64,000 nucleotides of DNA from Candidatus Micrarchaeota archaeon (lineage in GTDB: Archaea; Micrarchaeota; Micrarchaeia; Anstonellales; Bilamarchaeaceae): the NCBI GenBank assembly GCA_016212505.1, contig JACRGB010000039.1, positions 1,590 to 65,589 of the forward strand. Direction: 5' to 3'. A model generated the notes under the pieces. The model saw nothing but the letters and a program-made list of their open reading frames with translations. It was not told the origin of the DNA and made no database searches. Position numbers and translations under genes: made by a program. Shown piece by piece: positions 43,182 to 53,454 of the stretch (its first letter is position 1; each line of letters begins with the position of its first letter).

Positions 43182-46055
43182 ATGTATGATCACAAGAAGA
43201 GCGAAAAGGAAATTTTGGAATATTGGGAAAAGAACAAAATATTCGAAAAAGTCAAAAAGAAAAATTCCGGCAACCCGACATTTTATTTCTGCGATGGCCC
43301 ACCGTACGCGACTGGCCAAATACATCCGGGTACCGGCTGGAACAAAACCATCAAGGACTCGCTTTGCCGATATTATCGTGCGATAGGTCGCGATGTAAGA
43401 GCTCAGCCAGGTTATGATACTCACGGCTTGCCAATAGAAGTAAAGGTCGAGCAGGAATTAAAATTCAAGCACAAAAGCGACATAGAAGAATACGGGATTG
43501 ATAAATTTATAGAAAAATGCAAGGCATTTGCAACAAAATATATCGGCATAATGAACGGCCAATTCCAATCCTTGGGCGTATGGATGAATTTTGATGATCC
43601 TTATATCACCTATCATGATTCTTACATCAATTCCTCTTGGTCAACATTGAAAATGGCTCATGAAAAAGGCCTGATGTATGAAGATGTTTATGTTTTGCCA
43701 TATTGTTATCGGTGCGAAACTACAATAGCAAACTATGAGCTCGAATACGGGGATGAAACTGACCCGAGCATATTTGTTAAATTTAAATTAAAAACAAATG
43801 AGGGAAAAAGCGAGCGAAAAGGTGAGGGGAAAAGCGAAAGCGAGAACGAATTTCTTGTTATTTGGACAACCACTCCATGGACTTTGCCTGCAAATCTGGC
43901 AGTAATGGTTCATCCGACTTTGCCTTATGTAAAGGCCAAGGTGGGCGATGAAGTCTGGATAGTTGCAAAAGACCGATTGGACTATTTGATGAACTTGGTT
44001 GATAAGAGCGCCACTGTTTTGGAAGAAATTCCAGGAAGAAAATTAAATGGTCTTGAATACCACCATCCGTTCCAGGACAAAATCCACAAATTTTATAATC
44101 GAAAAGTAGTTTTGAGCGATGAATTTGTAACCCTTGAAGAAGGTACTGGGTTAGTCCATACCTCGCCGGGACATGGGCCAGCGGACTTCATAATCGGAAA
44201 GCGGTTTGGCATTGAAGCATTTTGTCCTGTTGATGGGACAGGCAGCTACACTCAGGATGCAGGGATATTTGCAGGAAAGAATGTCCGTGCATGCAATCCC
44301 GAAATAATCGCCTTGATAAGAAGCAATGGCTCATTAGTCCATGAGCAAAGGATAAAGCACCGCTACCCGCATTGCTGGAGATGCAAGACGCCGTTGATTT
44401 TCCTCACAACCAAACAATGGTTCATATCAATTTCAAAAATAAAGGACCAGATGATCAGTGAAATCGAAAAAACCGAGTGGCATCCTGATTTTGCAAAAGA
44501 ACGTTTCAAGGAATTCGTATCCGGCGCGCCGGATTGGTGCATATCAAGGCAAAGATATTGGGGAATCCCATTGCCGATCTGGAAATGCACTTGTGGCGAA
44601 GTTCAGGTCATAGGTTCATCGAAGGACTTGCCAAAAATGAAAGAACTTCATAAACCATATATTGATGAAATCGAGCTTCCATGCAAAAAATGCAAAAAGA
44701 AAACAAAGCGAATCCCGGATGTTTTAGATGTCTGGTTCGATTCAGGTAATGCAATATGGGCATCACTAAGTGAAAATGATGCAGAAAAATATTCCGAACG
44801 TGCTGATCTTATCCTTGAAGGCCAGGACCAAATCCGTGGATGGTTCTATTCCTTACTAGGTTCAGGTGTAATCCGATACAACCAGTGCCCTTACAAAAAA
44901 ATCCTTATGCACGGATTTTTCGTGGATGAAAAAGGGGAAAAAATGAGCAAGTCAGTTGGAAATTTTGTTCCACTTGAGCAGATCCTGGAAAAATACGGTG
45001 CAGACAGCTTCAGAATGTGGGGATTAAGCAGCACGGTTTGGGATGAACTTAAGTTCAGCTGGGATGAAATGAAAAAATGCAGCTCCGACCTTAATATAAT
45101 TCTGAACATGATTGTTTTCCTTGACCGCTTTTATCCAAAGAAGAAACTTATAAAGGCAAATCTTAATTCCACTGATGAATGGATCTTAAGCAGGTTGAAT
45201 TCCACACTTAAGACATTCAGATCTGCAATGGAAAACTGCGAGCTTAACAATGCAGTAAAGGCCCTCCGGTCATTTATCGTTGATGATGTGAGCCGCTTCT
45301 ATATGAAAATAGCTAAAGACCGGATTTCGGGCGGCGGGGAAGATTCTGAAGGCGCGTTATTTGCACTTTACGAAGTCATGCTAACCTCGCTAAAAATGCT
45401 TGGTTGCGTTTGTCCGTTAATCAGTGAACATCTTTATCAGTTCTTCTTCAAGAAATATGAAAATGAAGATTCTCTGTTTTTACTATCTTTGCCAGGAGAA
45501 AATTCTAACCTGATAAATACTCAATCAGAAAAACAAATGAGGGCAATAAATCAAATATTTTCTGCTGCAATGGTAGGAAGGCAGGCTGCAAACATAAAAG
45601 TGCGCTGGCCAATACGTACATTGCACCTTGAAACTACTTCACATGAAGTTTCTGAAGCAGCAAAAGCTTTTGAAGATGTTTTGCTTTTGCTGATAAATGC
45701 AAAATCCCTATCAGTTGCAAATGTAAAGCCAACTGGCGATCTTGCACTAGCTGCATTTGAGTCAGGGAACGTTTATGTTGATAAGAAAATCGATGAGAGC
45801 CTTTACGAAGAAGGAATGATGAACGAAGTAAAGCGCCGTGTGCAGATGCTCAGGAAAGAGGCACAGCTGGTTGAAAGTGATAAGATCGAGATCAGCTTCA
45901 ATTCCGAAAAGGAACTTGAAGAAATAGTAAAAAGAAATGAGAAAATGCTAAAAGACGGTGTCAATGCTTCGAAGGTAAATTACGAAATCGAAAAGAAAAT
46001 GACCGAGTACACGCTTGATGGCAGGCTGGTAAAGATCGCAATAAAAAAACTATAA
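43182..46055 (+). CDS. ileS: isoleucyl-tRNA synthetase
   Basis: FCDGPPYATGQIHPGTGWNK (HIGH region), KMSKSVGN, Zn-knuckle CxxC pairs and an editing-domain insertion. Confidence 0.95.
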   Translation: MYDHKKSEKEILEYWEKNKIFEKVKKKNSGNPTFYFCDGPPYATGQIHPGTGWNKTIKDSLCRYYRAIGRDVRAQPGYDTHGLPIEVKVEQELKFKHKSDIEEYGIDKFIEKCKAFATKYIGIMNGQFQSLGVWMNFDDPYITYHDSYINSSWSTLKMAHEKGLMYEDVYVLPYCYRCETTIANYELEYGDETDPSIFVKFKLKTNEGKSERKGEGKSESENEFLVIWTTTPWTLPANLAVMVHPTLPYVKAKVGDEVWIVAKDRLDYLMNLVDKSATVLEEIPGRKLNGLEYHHPFQDKIHKFYNRKVVLSDEFVTLEEGTGLVHTSPGHGPADFIIGKRFGIEAFCPVDGTGSYTQDAGIFAGKNVRACNPEIIALIRSNGSLVHEQRIKHRYPHCWRCKTPLIFLTTKQWFISISKIKDQMISEIEKTEWHPDFAKERFKEFVSGAPDWCISRQRYWGIPLPIWKCTCGEVQVIGSSKDLPKMKELHKPYIDEIELPCKKCKKKTKRIPDVLDVWFDSGNAIWASLSENDAEKYSERADLILEGQDQIRGWFYSLLGSGVIRYNQCPYKKILMHGFFVDEKGEKMSKSVGNFVPLEQILEKYGADSFRMWGLSSTVWDELKFSWDEMKKCSSDLNIILNMIVFLDRFYPKKKLIKANLNSTDEWILSRLNSTLKTFRSAMENCELNNAVKALRSFIVDDVSRFYMKIAKDRISGGGEDSEGALFALYEVMLTSLKMLGCVCPLISEHLYQFFFKKYENEDSLFLLSLPGENSNLINTQSEKQMRAINQIFSAAMVGRQAANIKVRWPIRTLHLETTSHEVSEAAKAFEDVLLLLINAKSLSVANVKPTGDLALAAFESGNVYVDKKIDESLYEEGMMNEVKRRVQMLRKEAQLVESDKIEISFNSEKELEEIVKRNEKMLKDGVNASKVNYEIEKKMTEYTLDGRLVKIAIKKL

Positions 46056-46089
46056 AAGAAAGTTCGATAAAGCTTGCTGGATCGAAAAG

Positions 46090-46953
46090 TTATTTGAATA
46101 TTCCATTTCTCATTTGGTCTGCTTCCTGGTCGGTTACCAGTTTGCCTAAACTAGGATATCTTTTGAGTGCCATGTATAAATCGCACCACATTCGTATTCT
46201 CGTCCTGACTCTATCATCAGATAATGCGGGCATTCCCCTCCTATCTTTGATTCCCATTGTTTCTAGAATAGCTGGCTCTAATCCTGCCTTTATGATTATT
46301 TCGTCTTCCAACATTCTCTGAACGCTAACTTTTGGATATGGTGAAAATACACATGCACTTAAAAATTTCACTACTCCCTCGCTTCTACCTGCGCCATTTT
46401 CTATTGATCTTCCATTAGCCAACTGACCCATCGCCATATCAAAAGCAGCAATGTTGAGCAACAAATCCCTGTCCAATCCAGATAAAACTGAAGTTGCACT
46501 TAAGTTTATACTAAGTTTATCTACAAAAATTGCCATCAGCGCTGGATACAAAGTACCTTCTCTGTCCATGAATAAAGTAGTATTCGCTTGCCTTATTATC
46601 GAATCATTGCAATCATTTTCTTCGTCTATAACTGCATTTATATTTACTCGGCCGACATTAAATTTATGAACTGTGTTTCCTACAATGTATGATGGTGCTA
46701 TGCCTTCTCTATGGTCCAAAATCATCCCATAAGTATCTTCTGAGGCTACTGATATACTCCCTAAAACAATCATTAGTTGTTGTACGGTTGTAACTATTTT
46801 TCTTTCTGGTTCTTGACCTGCTCTTTGGACTAAAAAAGTAGTTCTTCCCCTTTCTCCAAATTCTAAGACCCTCTCTTTTAGATGATCTCGCAATGTTCTA
46901 GGCAAAGGTAATGCGCCTGATTTTGCAGCTTTCACACTAAGTGCTAAACTCAT
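46090..46953 (-). CDS. hypothetical protein (orphan)
   Basis: 287-aa ORF with no motif recognised. Confidence 0.6.
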   Translation of the reverse strand: MSLALSVKAAKSGALPLPRTLRDHLKERVLEFGERGRTTFLVQRAGQEPERKIVTTVQQLMIVLGSISVASEDTYGMILDHREGIAPSYIVGNTVHKFNVGRVNINAVIDEENDCNDSIIRQANTTLFMDREGTLYPALMAIFVDKLSINLSATSVLSGLDRDLLLNIAAFDMAMGQLANGRSIENGAGRSEGVVKFLSACVFSPYPKVSVQRMLEDEIIIKAGLEPAILETMGIKDRRGMPALSDDRVRTRIRMWCDLYMALKRYPSLGKLVTDQEADQMRNGIFK

Positions 46954-47116
46954 AAGGATTTATTGTTTAAATGTGTTTATTAATGTTATTATTTGTTCAC
47001 TTACAAAATCCAACTCTGTAAACCAATGAAATGAAAAAGTGTCATAAAGATCCAAAGGCCACACTTACTTTAACTCTTTCTATAACTTTAAAAATCCTTT
47101 GTGCTATCATATTCCC

Positions 47117-48259
47117 ATGACCAATCGTAGAATTACTCCAACTCAAGCTTTGCCTGCAGCTAGTACTGCCTCAAGACCCTCTGAATTAGTACTTGCAGGT
47201 GAAAGTGGAAGGGCAGTTTTGGTTCGAACAAGAATGGAGCTAAGCATAAGTTTGCCATTGCTCAAAGACCGGGCAGAAGCTTTAGGCAGAGATGCTGAAG
47301 ATGCCAGAAAGGCATTGTCTGAAGAAAGAGAAAAAATGAGGCTATTGAGAAATAAAAGAGACATTGAAGCAAAGTTTGCAAGACTTAGTGGAGAGCAAAA
47401 AGCTCTTGAAGAACAGATGGCAGTAATCGAGCAAAAAGAAAATGAAATTTTGAATCCAGCATTTAGATATAATGTTAGGGATCTTTTAATTTGGAACAGA
47501 ATCGACAGAATAATCGGAACTCAGGATTTTCTGGTAATTAAAAAAGCGTCTTCACAAGCGAGAGCACTTTTTAGTCAAGGTTCCGATGATGCTACTTGTC
47601 TTCATCTTCAGGATTCTAATGGCGAATGGCATGTAGTCTGGGCAGCTACGCTAGAAACTGCTATCAAGTTGTTAGAAGAAGAGCTGCCAAACGTTAAGCA
47701 ACAACCCGTTGAGCAAAAAGAAACCCTTACAGAACGCTTAGACAAAAACGAAGTTTATCAACAACTAAGGTCCAAACGTGACCAGTTACTTGCAAAAGTT
47801 GCAGAAGCTAGTGCAGAACTCGCCAGCCTGCAGGTTTATATGAAAGATTGGAGAGCGTTAATAACCTCCAATCTCGAAGGTAATCTAAACAAAGAAGCTG
47901 ATCGACATGATGCCAAATACAAAGTTCCACGGACTGCACTTGTATTAAGCGGTGGCGCAGCAGGAGTAGCAGGAACAATAATAATGGTTATTGCAGATGC
48001 AATAACTACGGGTGGCATGGCAACTATAGGGGTAGGTGTAGCCGCATTATTATTTTCTGACAAGCTTAAAAAGTCCCGTTCTTTGCCAACTTTATCAGAA
48101 CAAGAATTAGAAGCATACGCAAAAGTTTTATGCGAAACAAGAATAACCGAACTCGAAGAAAGATTTGCTGAACTAAATAGATCGCATGCTGAAGCGCTTG
48201 AGCATATTCAAGCAGAAGAAGCAGAACTTCGTGCACTTAGTCCTGGAGATGCCCGCTAA
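47117..48259 (+). CDS. hypothetical coiled-coil membrane protein (orphan)
   Basis: Heptad-like region EEREKMRLLRNKRDIEAKFARLSGEQKALEEQMAVIEQKENEI and the TM pair ALVLSGGAAGVAGTIIMVIADAITTGGMATIGVGVAALLF. Confidence 0.6.
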   Translation: MTNRRITPTQALPAASTASRPSELVLAGESGRAVLVRTRMELSISLPLLKDRAEALGRDAEDARKALSEEREKMRLLRNKRDIEAKFARLSGEQKALEEQMAVIEQKENEILNPAFRYNVRDLLIWNRIDRIIGTQDFLVIKKASSQARALFSQGSDDATCLHLQDSNGEWHVVWAATLETAIKLLEEELPNVKQQPVEQKETLTERLDKNEVYQQLRSKRDQLLAKVAEASAELASLQVYMKDWRALITSNLEGNLNKEADRHDAKYKVPRTALVLSGGAAGVAGTIIMVIADAITTGGMATIGVGVAALLFSDKLKKSRSLPTLSEQELEAYAKVLCETRITELEERFAELNRSHAEALEHIQAEEAELRALSPGDAR

Positions 48260-48284
48260 ATAAATAGAAAAATATTAATAAAAT

Positions 48285-48482
48285 TTAGTTCGCACTCTTA
48301 TACATGCTTCGCTTTGTGATGCTGCCCCAGCATCCTTTGCAAATGTAGCGATGACCGATTTTTCTTCGTTTTTGACTTTTTAAGCAAGGGTTGCAAACCA
48401 ACCGATTGCAATAATCGCACTTCTGCAACTTTGCACTTTGGCTGCCGCATCTTGCGCATGTTTCAATAGCCATTATAATCAC
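48285..48482 (-). CDS. small zinc-ribbon protein
   Basis: CxxC..CxxC..CxxC..CxxC pattern: CARCGS...CDYCNRLVCNPC...CKGCW. Confidence 0.5.
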   Translation of the reverse strand: MIIMAIETCARCGSQSAKLQKCDYCNRLVCNPCLKSQKRRKIGHRYICKGCWGSITKRSMYKSAN

Positions 48483-48521
48483 TCCAATTAAGGTTTCATT
48501 AAGATTTAGCAGAAATATACT

Positions 48522-48544
48522 GTGCCAAATTAGTTATTTGGCAC
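48522..48544. promoter_or_regulatory. perfect 9-bp inverted repeat in a divergent promoter region
   Basis: GTGCCAAAT-tagtt-ATTTGGCAC, between the Zn-ribbon gene and the pilin-like gene. Confidence 0.4.
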
Positions 48545-48658
48545 AACTATCCTCAACCAACTGAGGTAAAACTTCTGAAACGAAGTCCAGAAAACTTCCT
48601 TGCTTGAGTATAAGATGGATAGAAAGCTATTTAATATATGTTTAGAGAAGGTTTTCTC

Positions 48659-49147
48659 ATGAAGCGCGGGCAGGCTACAATAGAATTTTTGATGACTTAT
48701 GGCTGGGCAATTCTGGTTTTGCTAATTGTTATCGGAGTTATCCTATCGAGCGGCATACTTTCACCAACCTTTGTCCTTTCTGAGCAATGCGGATTTGGGA
48801 ATAATATGCCCTGTAATGTGGCAATTTACAATCAAAATGGCGTTTCTCATGTTTCTTTAAGCCTCTACAATTCCTTGCCCTACAAAATAGATGTAACTAA
48901 AGCAGTACTAACTTCTGAAAATGGCCAAGGTACCTTTGTCCTAGATGGAGGATTGGGCCCGATCGAGAGCGCCTCTTCCATAAATGTCTCTTTCACAGTG
49001 CAGGGAGACCCGCTAACTGCCAAAAGCGTGAAAAAACTTATCGGATCTATTACCTACCGATCCTGTGCGCCTGAACTTGCTAATGGCTGTAACAATCCAG
49101 AGCACACGGTTACAGGAACGGTTGTTGCAAGAGTTATTGGGGAGTAG
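48659..49147 (+). CDS. archaeal type IV pilin-like protein (class III signal peptide)
   Basis: MKRGQATIEFLMTYGWAILVLLIVIGVIL has a short charged N-terminus, a G/Q cleavage context, and an E at +5-like position followed by a hydrophobic helix. Confidence 0.65.
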   Translation: MKRGQATIEFLMTYGWAILVLLIVIGVILSSGILSPTFVLSEQCGFGNNMPCNVAIYNQNGVSHVSLSLYNSLPYKIDVTKAVLTSENGQGTFVLDGGLGPIESASSINVSFTVQGDPLTAKSVKKLIGSITYRSCAPELANGCNNPEHTVTGTVVARVIGE

Positions 49148-49185
49148 ATCTTGCTTTGGAAGCTAAAATTTCCTGTAAATTCAAA

Positions 49186-50259
49186 TTATTTACCCAATTT
49201 CCTAAGCAGCTCTATTGCTTCTCTTTGCCCGTACCCTGCAGATGCCTCAAATTTTTTTAATGCATCACCTTGCTTTCCTAAACTATGTAGATACGCTCCC
49301 CAATTATAATAAAGAAATCCGTACTCTTTCGTTGTTTCTTGTTCGCTCATCAATGGCTTAGCTTGTTTAAGGTGAGAAAGTGCTTTTTCAAAATCATTAT
49401 TTGTACTTGCTACGTTTGCAGCATTTGTCAATGCTACCATATAATTTCTTTTATAGACTTCATCATTTGGCCGTAATTTGTATGCGGCTTCGGCATGAAC
49501 AATTGCCATTCCAATATTCTTTTTATTATACATGACATTTAGCATGTGATGGGCATTGAAATTATTTGGGTCCATTTTTACTGCCTTGATTAGGAGCTTT
49601 TCTGCAAATTTTTCATCATTACTTTTCTTTGCAAAAGCGCCTTGCTCCTGATAATATGCTGAATAAACTCCGGTCAGTCGTACTGGATAGTATTCATCAA
49701 TATCTACACTCATTTTCCCTAAAACTCCAATTTGTGGATCTGCTAGCACTACTTGCCAGTCTGGTCTGAATCCAACTTTTTTTAGTGCATCCTGAAATTT
49801 TTGGTCATCATTTAAACCTGATTTCATTTCTTGAGGGATATCTGTAGCAACAATAATAGGGGTTAGGTGCCAAAGTTCCGGAGGATCACCCCTAAAATGA
49901 ATTTTTATTGCACCTATTTCGATATCTTTTGAATCATATGCGCGTAAAAGTTCTTTGAGCCCAGAAATCATAAAATATCCCAAATCGCTGCAGTCTCCTC
50001 CTTTCTGTTCCAATACTTCTTGCGCCGTTCTTGGTTCTCTGTTGTTTTCTTCCCATTTAATTCTGAATTTTCCACCTACTGAAAGAGAAGCATAAATCTC
50101 CCTTATCCCATCCCATTCGGGTTTTTTAGCCACTTCTTTTACAAGGCCAGTTATCTCTTTGGGTGGCTTCAAAGGATCATTTTTAGGCGTCACTATCACC
50201 ATTAGCTTCGGTTCTGACGGTTTTTCTTCTTCTCTTAGAACCGGTTTAAATTGAAACAA
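49186..50259 (-). CDS. transglutaminase-like domain plus TPR repeat protein
   Basis: GGDCSDLGYF, a downstream WH, and D are a candidate Cys-His-Asp core. The C-terminal half has TPR-like A..Y.KA....P.N repeats. Confidence 0.5.
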   Translation of the reverse strand: MFQFKPVLREEEKPSEPKLMVIVTPKNDPLKPPKEITGLVKEVAKKPEWDGIREIYASLSVGGKFRIKWEENNREPRTAQEVLEQKGGDCSDLGYFMISGLKELLRAYDSKDIEIGAIKIHFRGDPPELWHLTPIIVATDIPQEMKSGLNDDQKFQDALKKVGFRPDWQVVLADPQIGVLGKMSVDIDEYYPVRLTGVYSAYYQEQGAFAKKSNDEKFAEKLLIKAVKMDPNNFNAHHMLNVMYNKKNIGMAIVHAEAAYKLRPNDEVYKRNYMVALTNAANVASTNNDFEKALSHLKQAKPLMSEQETTKEYGFLYYNWGAYLHSLGKQGDALKKFEASAGYGQREAIELLRKLGK

Positions 50260-50281
50260 TAGCAGAAAATCATCCTCTAAA

Positions 50282-52618
50282 TTATTGCACCATTACCGCA
50301 AATTCGCCTTTTGTAATTTCCACTTCTTTTATTTTGCTGATTTTCTTCAGTTCCTCTATGAGTAGTGGATCTATTTCCTCAGGAAGCGAGAGCCTCACTT
50401 TGCCGAGTTCAGCATTTTGCGCCATACGGTTCTTGGATTTGTGTTGCCTAAGCTCAGAAACAATTTGGACCAAAACTTCAACCTTTGTTACTTCTTCAGA
50501 AAACTTTTCGCCAGCTGTTGGCCAACTCAATTTGTGGATGCTTTGATTTTTGCCATAAAGTTCTCCATGGATTTCTTCAGATACATGAGGCATTATTGGT
50601 GCAAATAACAACATCGTCTCGCTCAATACCTTATTCAAGGCATAAAGTGCCGCGTCCTTATCTTCTGATTCAGAATAAACTCTATGTTTTACAAATTCAA
50701 TATAATTATCGCAAAAATCGTTCCAGAAGAATTTTTGCAGTTTGCTCATTGCATAATGGAACTCGAATTTTTCCATATGGTCTGTGCAATCTGCTATTAA
50801 TGAATTTAATTTGCCCAAAATCCACTTATCAATCATGCTGAGATTTGGTGCTTTATTTCCAGGCTTGGGCAAACCCACAATGAACTTTGCTGCATTCCAA
50901 ACCTTACTTAGGAAGCTTTTGGCATGTTTAATATCTTCATAACTAAATGGTCGGTCCTTTGCCATTGCGCCACTTAGTGCAGCCCATTGCCTGATTGCAT
51001 CAGCAGGATATTCACAAAGTAAATCGGTTGGCGAAATTATGTTTCCTGCACTTTTGCTCATCTTCTTTCCATCAGGAGCAAGGACGTTTCCATTAAGGAG
51101 TATCGATTTGAAAGGTGGCATTCCGGTTAGTGCCACTCCGCTTCTGTAAATTGTATAAAACGCCCATGTACGAACTATTTCCACTCCTTGCGGCCGCAAA
51201 GATGCCGGATACAACCGTTCCATTTTCTTTTCATCCGGCCAACCCGCGATAATAAGTGGGGTGATACTTGAATCAACCCAACAATCACAAGTGCTTGTTT
51301 CAGCGATCATGTGTTTTCCGCATTTGCAGATTTTTCCCTTTGCTTTTTCAGCATAAAATGGTAATTCAGAATGATCGGCTGCAGCAGTTAATCCGCATTC
51401 ACAATGATAAAATGGCAGAGGCGTTCCGAAAACTCTTTGTCTTGAAATAACCCAGTCCCATTCTGCCCCTTCCACCCAGTCAATAAGGTAGCTGATCCCA
51501 AATTCAGGAACCCACTTTATTTTTTCTGCGAGCGCCTTGATGTGTTTTCCAGTTGTTCGGATATCAGCAAACCACTGTAGCGAAGGAATAAGTTCAACTG
51601 GAGTTTTGCATCGATCATGAACCTTTACTGTTTGCTTTAGCGGCGTTTTTTTGACAACCTTATCTCCGAGCAACTCAACCATTTTCTTTTTTGCATCCTC
51701 GACCTTAAGTCCGTTTAATTCGCCAGAGTTCTGCATTTTTCCGTATTGATTAATTACTTCGATTAATGGCAATTTGTACCTATTCATCCAGACGATATCG
51801 CCCTTATCACCAAAGGTACAGACCATAACTAGTCCGGTACCGAATTCAATATCAACATCTTTATCTGGTAAAAGTGGAACTGATTTTCCTAGTGGAGTTG
51901 TGACTTTTGCGATTGTTTTACCATCTAAACTTTTGTATCGCTCATCTTGTGGATTGAACAAAACTGCACCGCATGCGTGGAGCATTTCCGGCCGAGTGGT
52001 TCCAATAACTAGTTCTTCTCCGCTTGGCCCAACAAATTTCACATGATACATGTTACCGTCTTTTGGTTCATCCTCAAGTTCTGCTTTTGCAACTGCAGAA
52101 ACGCATCTTGGACAGAAATAAACAGGATATTTGTCTCGATAAACTAATTTATCATTAAACATTTTTATTAACGAAGATTGAACTTTTTTATGATATTCTG
52201 GATCCATTGTGCGATATTCATATTTCCAGTCCGGTGAAAGGCCGATCTGGTTCATCTGGTTTTTCATTTTTCCAATCATTTCAATGGTCCATTCAATACA
52301 TTTTGCCCGAAACTCAAGTGGTGGCAGCCTCCCATATTTCTTTTCCACTTTAACTTCGGTAGGAAAACCTTGTGTATCCCAGCCTTGCGGATAATAAACG
52401 TTGAACCCACGCATCCGCATAAACCGCGCGACAAAATCAATGTAACTATAGGATAGAACATGGCCCATGTGCAGTTCGCCGCTTGTAAATGGCGGAGGAG
52501 TATCTATCGAATATATTGGCCTAACTGTATCATTTTCATCAAAAGCGTAACGGTTGGCCTCTTGCCATGCTTTCTGTATTTTTTCTTCGACTGCTCGGTC
52601 GTATCTTTCTTGCAACAT
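50282..52618 (-). CDS. valS: valyl-tRNA synthetase
   Basis: IDTPPPFTSGELHMGHV (HIGH), WDTQGFPTEVKVEK, and KMSKSAGN. Short at 778 aa. Confidence 0.9.
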   Translation of the reverse strand: MLQERYDRAVEEKIQKAWQEANRYAFDENDTVRPIYSIDTPPPFTSGELHMGHVLSYSYIDFVARFMRMRGFNVYYPQGWDTQGFPTEVKVEKKYGRLPPLEFRAKCIEWTIEMIGKMKNQMNQIGLSPDWKYEYRTMDPEYHKKVQSSLIKMFNDKLVYRDKYPVYFCPRCVSAVAKAELEDEPKDGNMYHVKFVGPSGEELVIGTTRPEMLHACGAVLFNPQDERYKSLDGKTIAKVTTPLGKSVPLLPDKDVDIEFGTGLVMVCTFGDKGDIVWMNRYKLPLIEVINQYGKMQNSGELNGLKVEDAKKKMVELLGDKVVKKTPLKQTVKVHDRCKTPVELIPSLQWFADIRTTGKHIKALAEKIKWVPEFGISYLIDWVEGAEWDWVISRQRVFGTPLPFYHCECGLTAAADHSELPFYAEKAKGKICKCGKHMIAETSTCDCWVDSSITPLIIAGWPDEKKMERLYPASLRPQGVEIVRTWAFYTIYRSGVALTGMPPFKSILLNGNVLAPDGKKMSKSAGNIISPTDLLCEYPADAIRQWAALSGAMAKDRPFSYEDIKHAKSFLSKVWNAAKFIVGLPKPGNKAPNLSMIDKWILGKLNSLIADCTDHMEKFEFHYAMSKLQKFFWNDFCDNYIEFVKHRVYSESEDKDAALYALNKVLSETMLLFAPIMPHVSEEIHGELYGKNQSIHKLSWPTAGEKFSEEVTKVEVLVQIVSELRQHKSKNRMAQNAELGKVRLSLPEEIDPLLIEELKKISKIKEVEITKGEFAVMVQ

Positions 52619-52739
52619 AAGTATCAGAAGAAATTATCAGTAGAATTGTTTAAAAGAAGCTGTATCGTTGGCTCATTCTCGACATTGTATGAAAGAGCCA
52701 TAATTTCCGCAGTAATGGGTATTTTCAATAGAGTGATTT

Positions 52740-52755
52740 CATTTCCGCGGAAATG
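52740..52755. promoter_or_regulatory. perfect 16-bp palindrome just upstream of a TATA box
   Basis: CATTTCCGCGGAAATG, with a half-site copy (aatttccgc) 40 nt upstream. tttataa lies at about 52773, and the GTG start of the DUF3800 gene follows about 25 nt later. Confidence 0.5.
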
Positions 52756-52803
52756 ATGTGTGTCACCTCTTCTTTATAACCGACCTTTCAAACAAACTAT
52801 GTT

Positions 52804-53454
52804 GTGATATTTCAACTCTACCGAAACAACAAACACGTTGAATATATATTCATTGATGAAAGCGGAGATCTAGGACAACTTGGGTCAAAGTTTTTTTCCA
52901 TTGTAGCACTTTCAACTCACGAACCAATAAAGATAGGGAGAATAATTAAGCGTCTAAGGGAAAGAAAAATCAAGAAAAAACTCAAGGAATTAGCTGAAAT
53001 AAAGGCAAATAATTCTACTGAGGAAATACGAAAATTCGTTCTACGAAGACTTTTATCCATCGAATGTTCGATTTCTGCAATAGCTATTCCAAAAGAAAAA
53101 ATCAGTTCTGTTCTATTCTCGGAAAAAAATAAATTATACAATATAATTTGTGGCACTCTTTTTGAGCATATAAGCATCAGTACTGACAAAATAATAATTA
53201 CAATTGATAAGAAAGACAGTAACCAGTTGATCCGGAAAGATTTTGATAATTATATTTCCAATAAAATTATCGAGAAACAAAAGAATATCATTTTAGAGAT
53301 AAAACATCTCGAATCCCATGTGTGTCAAGAGCTACAGGTTGTTGATTTCATTGCTTGGACTATAAATCGTAAATTTACTCATGGGGATAATTCCTATTAT
53401 GACCTGATAAAAATCCGAATCAAAAATTGTGGTAAGGAAGAAATTAGTTTATGA
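52804..53454 (+). CDS. DUF3800-like protein
   Basis: N-terminal YIFIDESGDLG and C-terminal QVVDFIAW match the DUF3800 pattern as I recall it. Confidence 0.6.
   Translation: MIFQLYRNNKHVEYIFIDESGDLGQLGSKFFSIVALSTHEPIKIGRIIKRLRERKIKKKLKELAEIKANNSTEEIRKFVLRRLLSIECSISAIAIPKEKISSVLFSEKNKLYNIICGTLFEHISISTDKIIITIDKKDSNQLIRKDFDNYISNKIIEKQKNIILEIKHLESHVCQELQVVDFIAWTINRKFTHGDNSYYDLIKIRIKNCGKEEISL

Noticed and set aside
43149-43424. 91-aa minus-strand ORF overlapping the ileS start
   Set aside because: It is antisense to the strongly supported ileS N-terminus (HIGH region), with a hydrophobic low-information translation.
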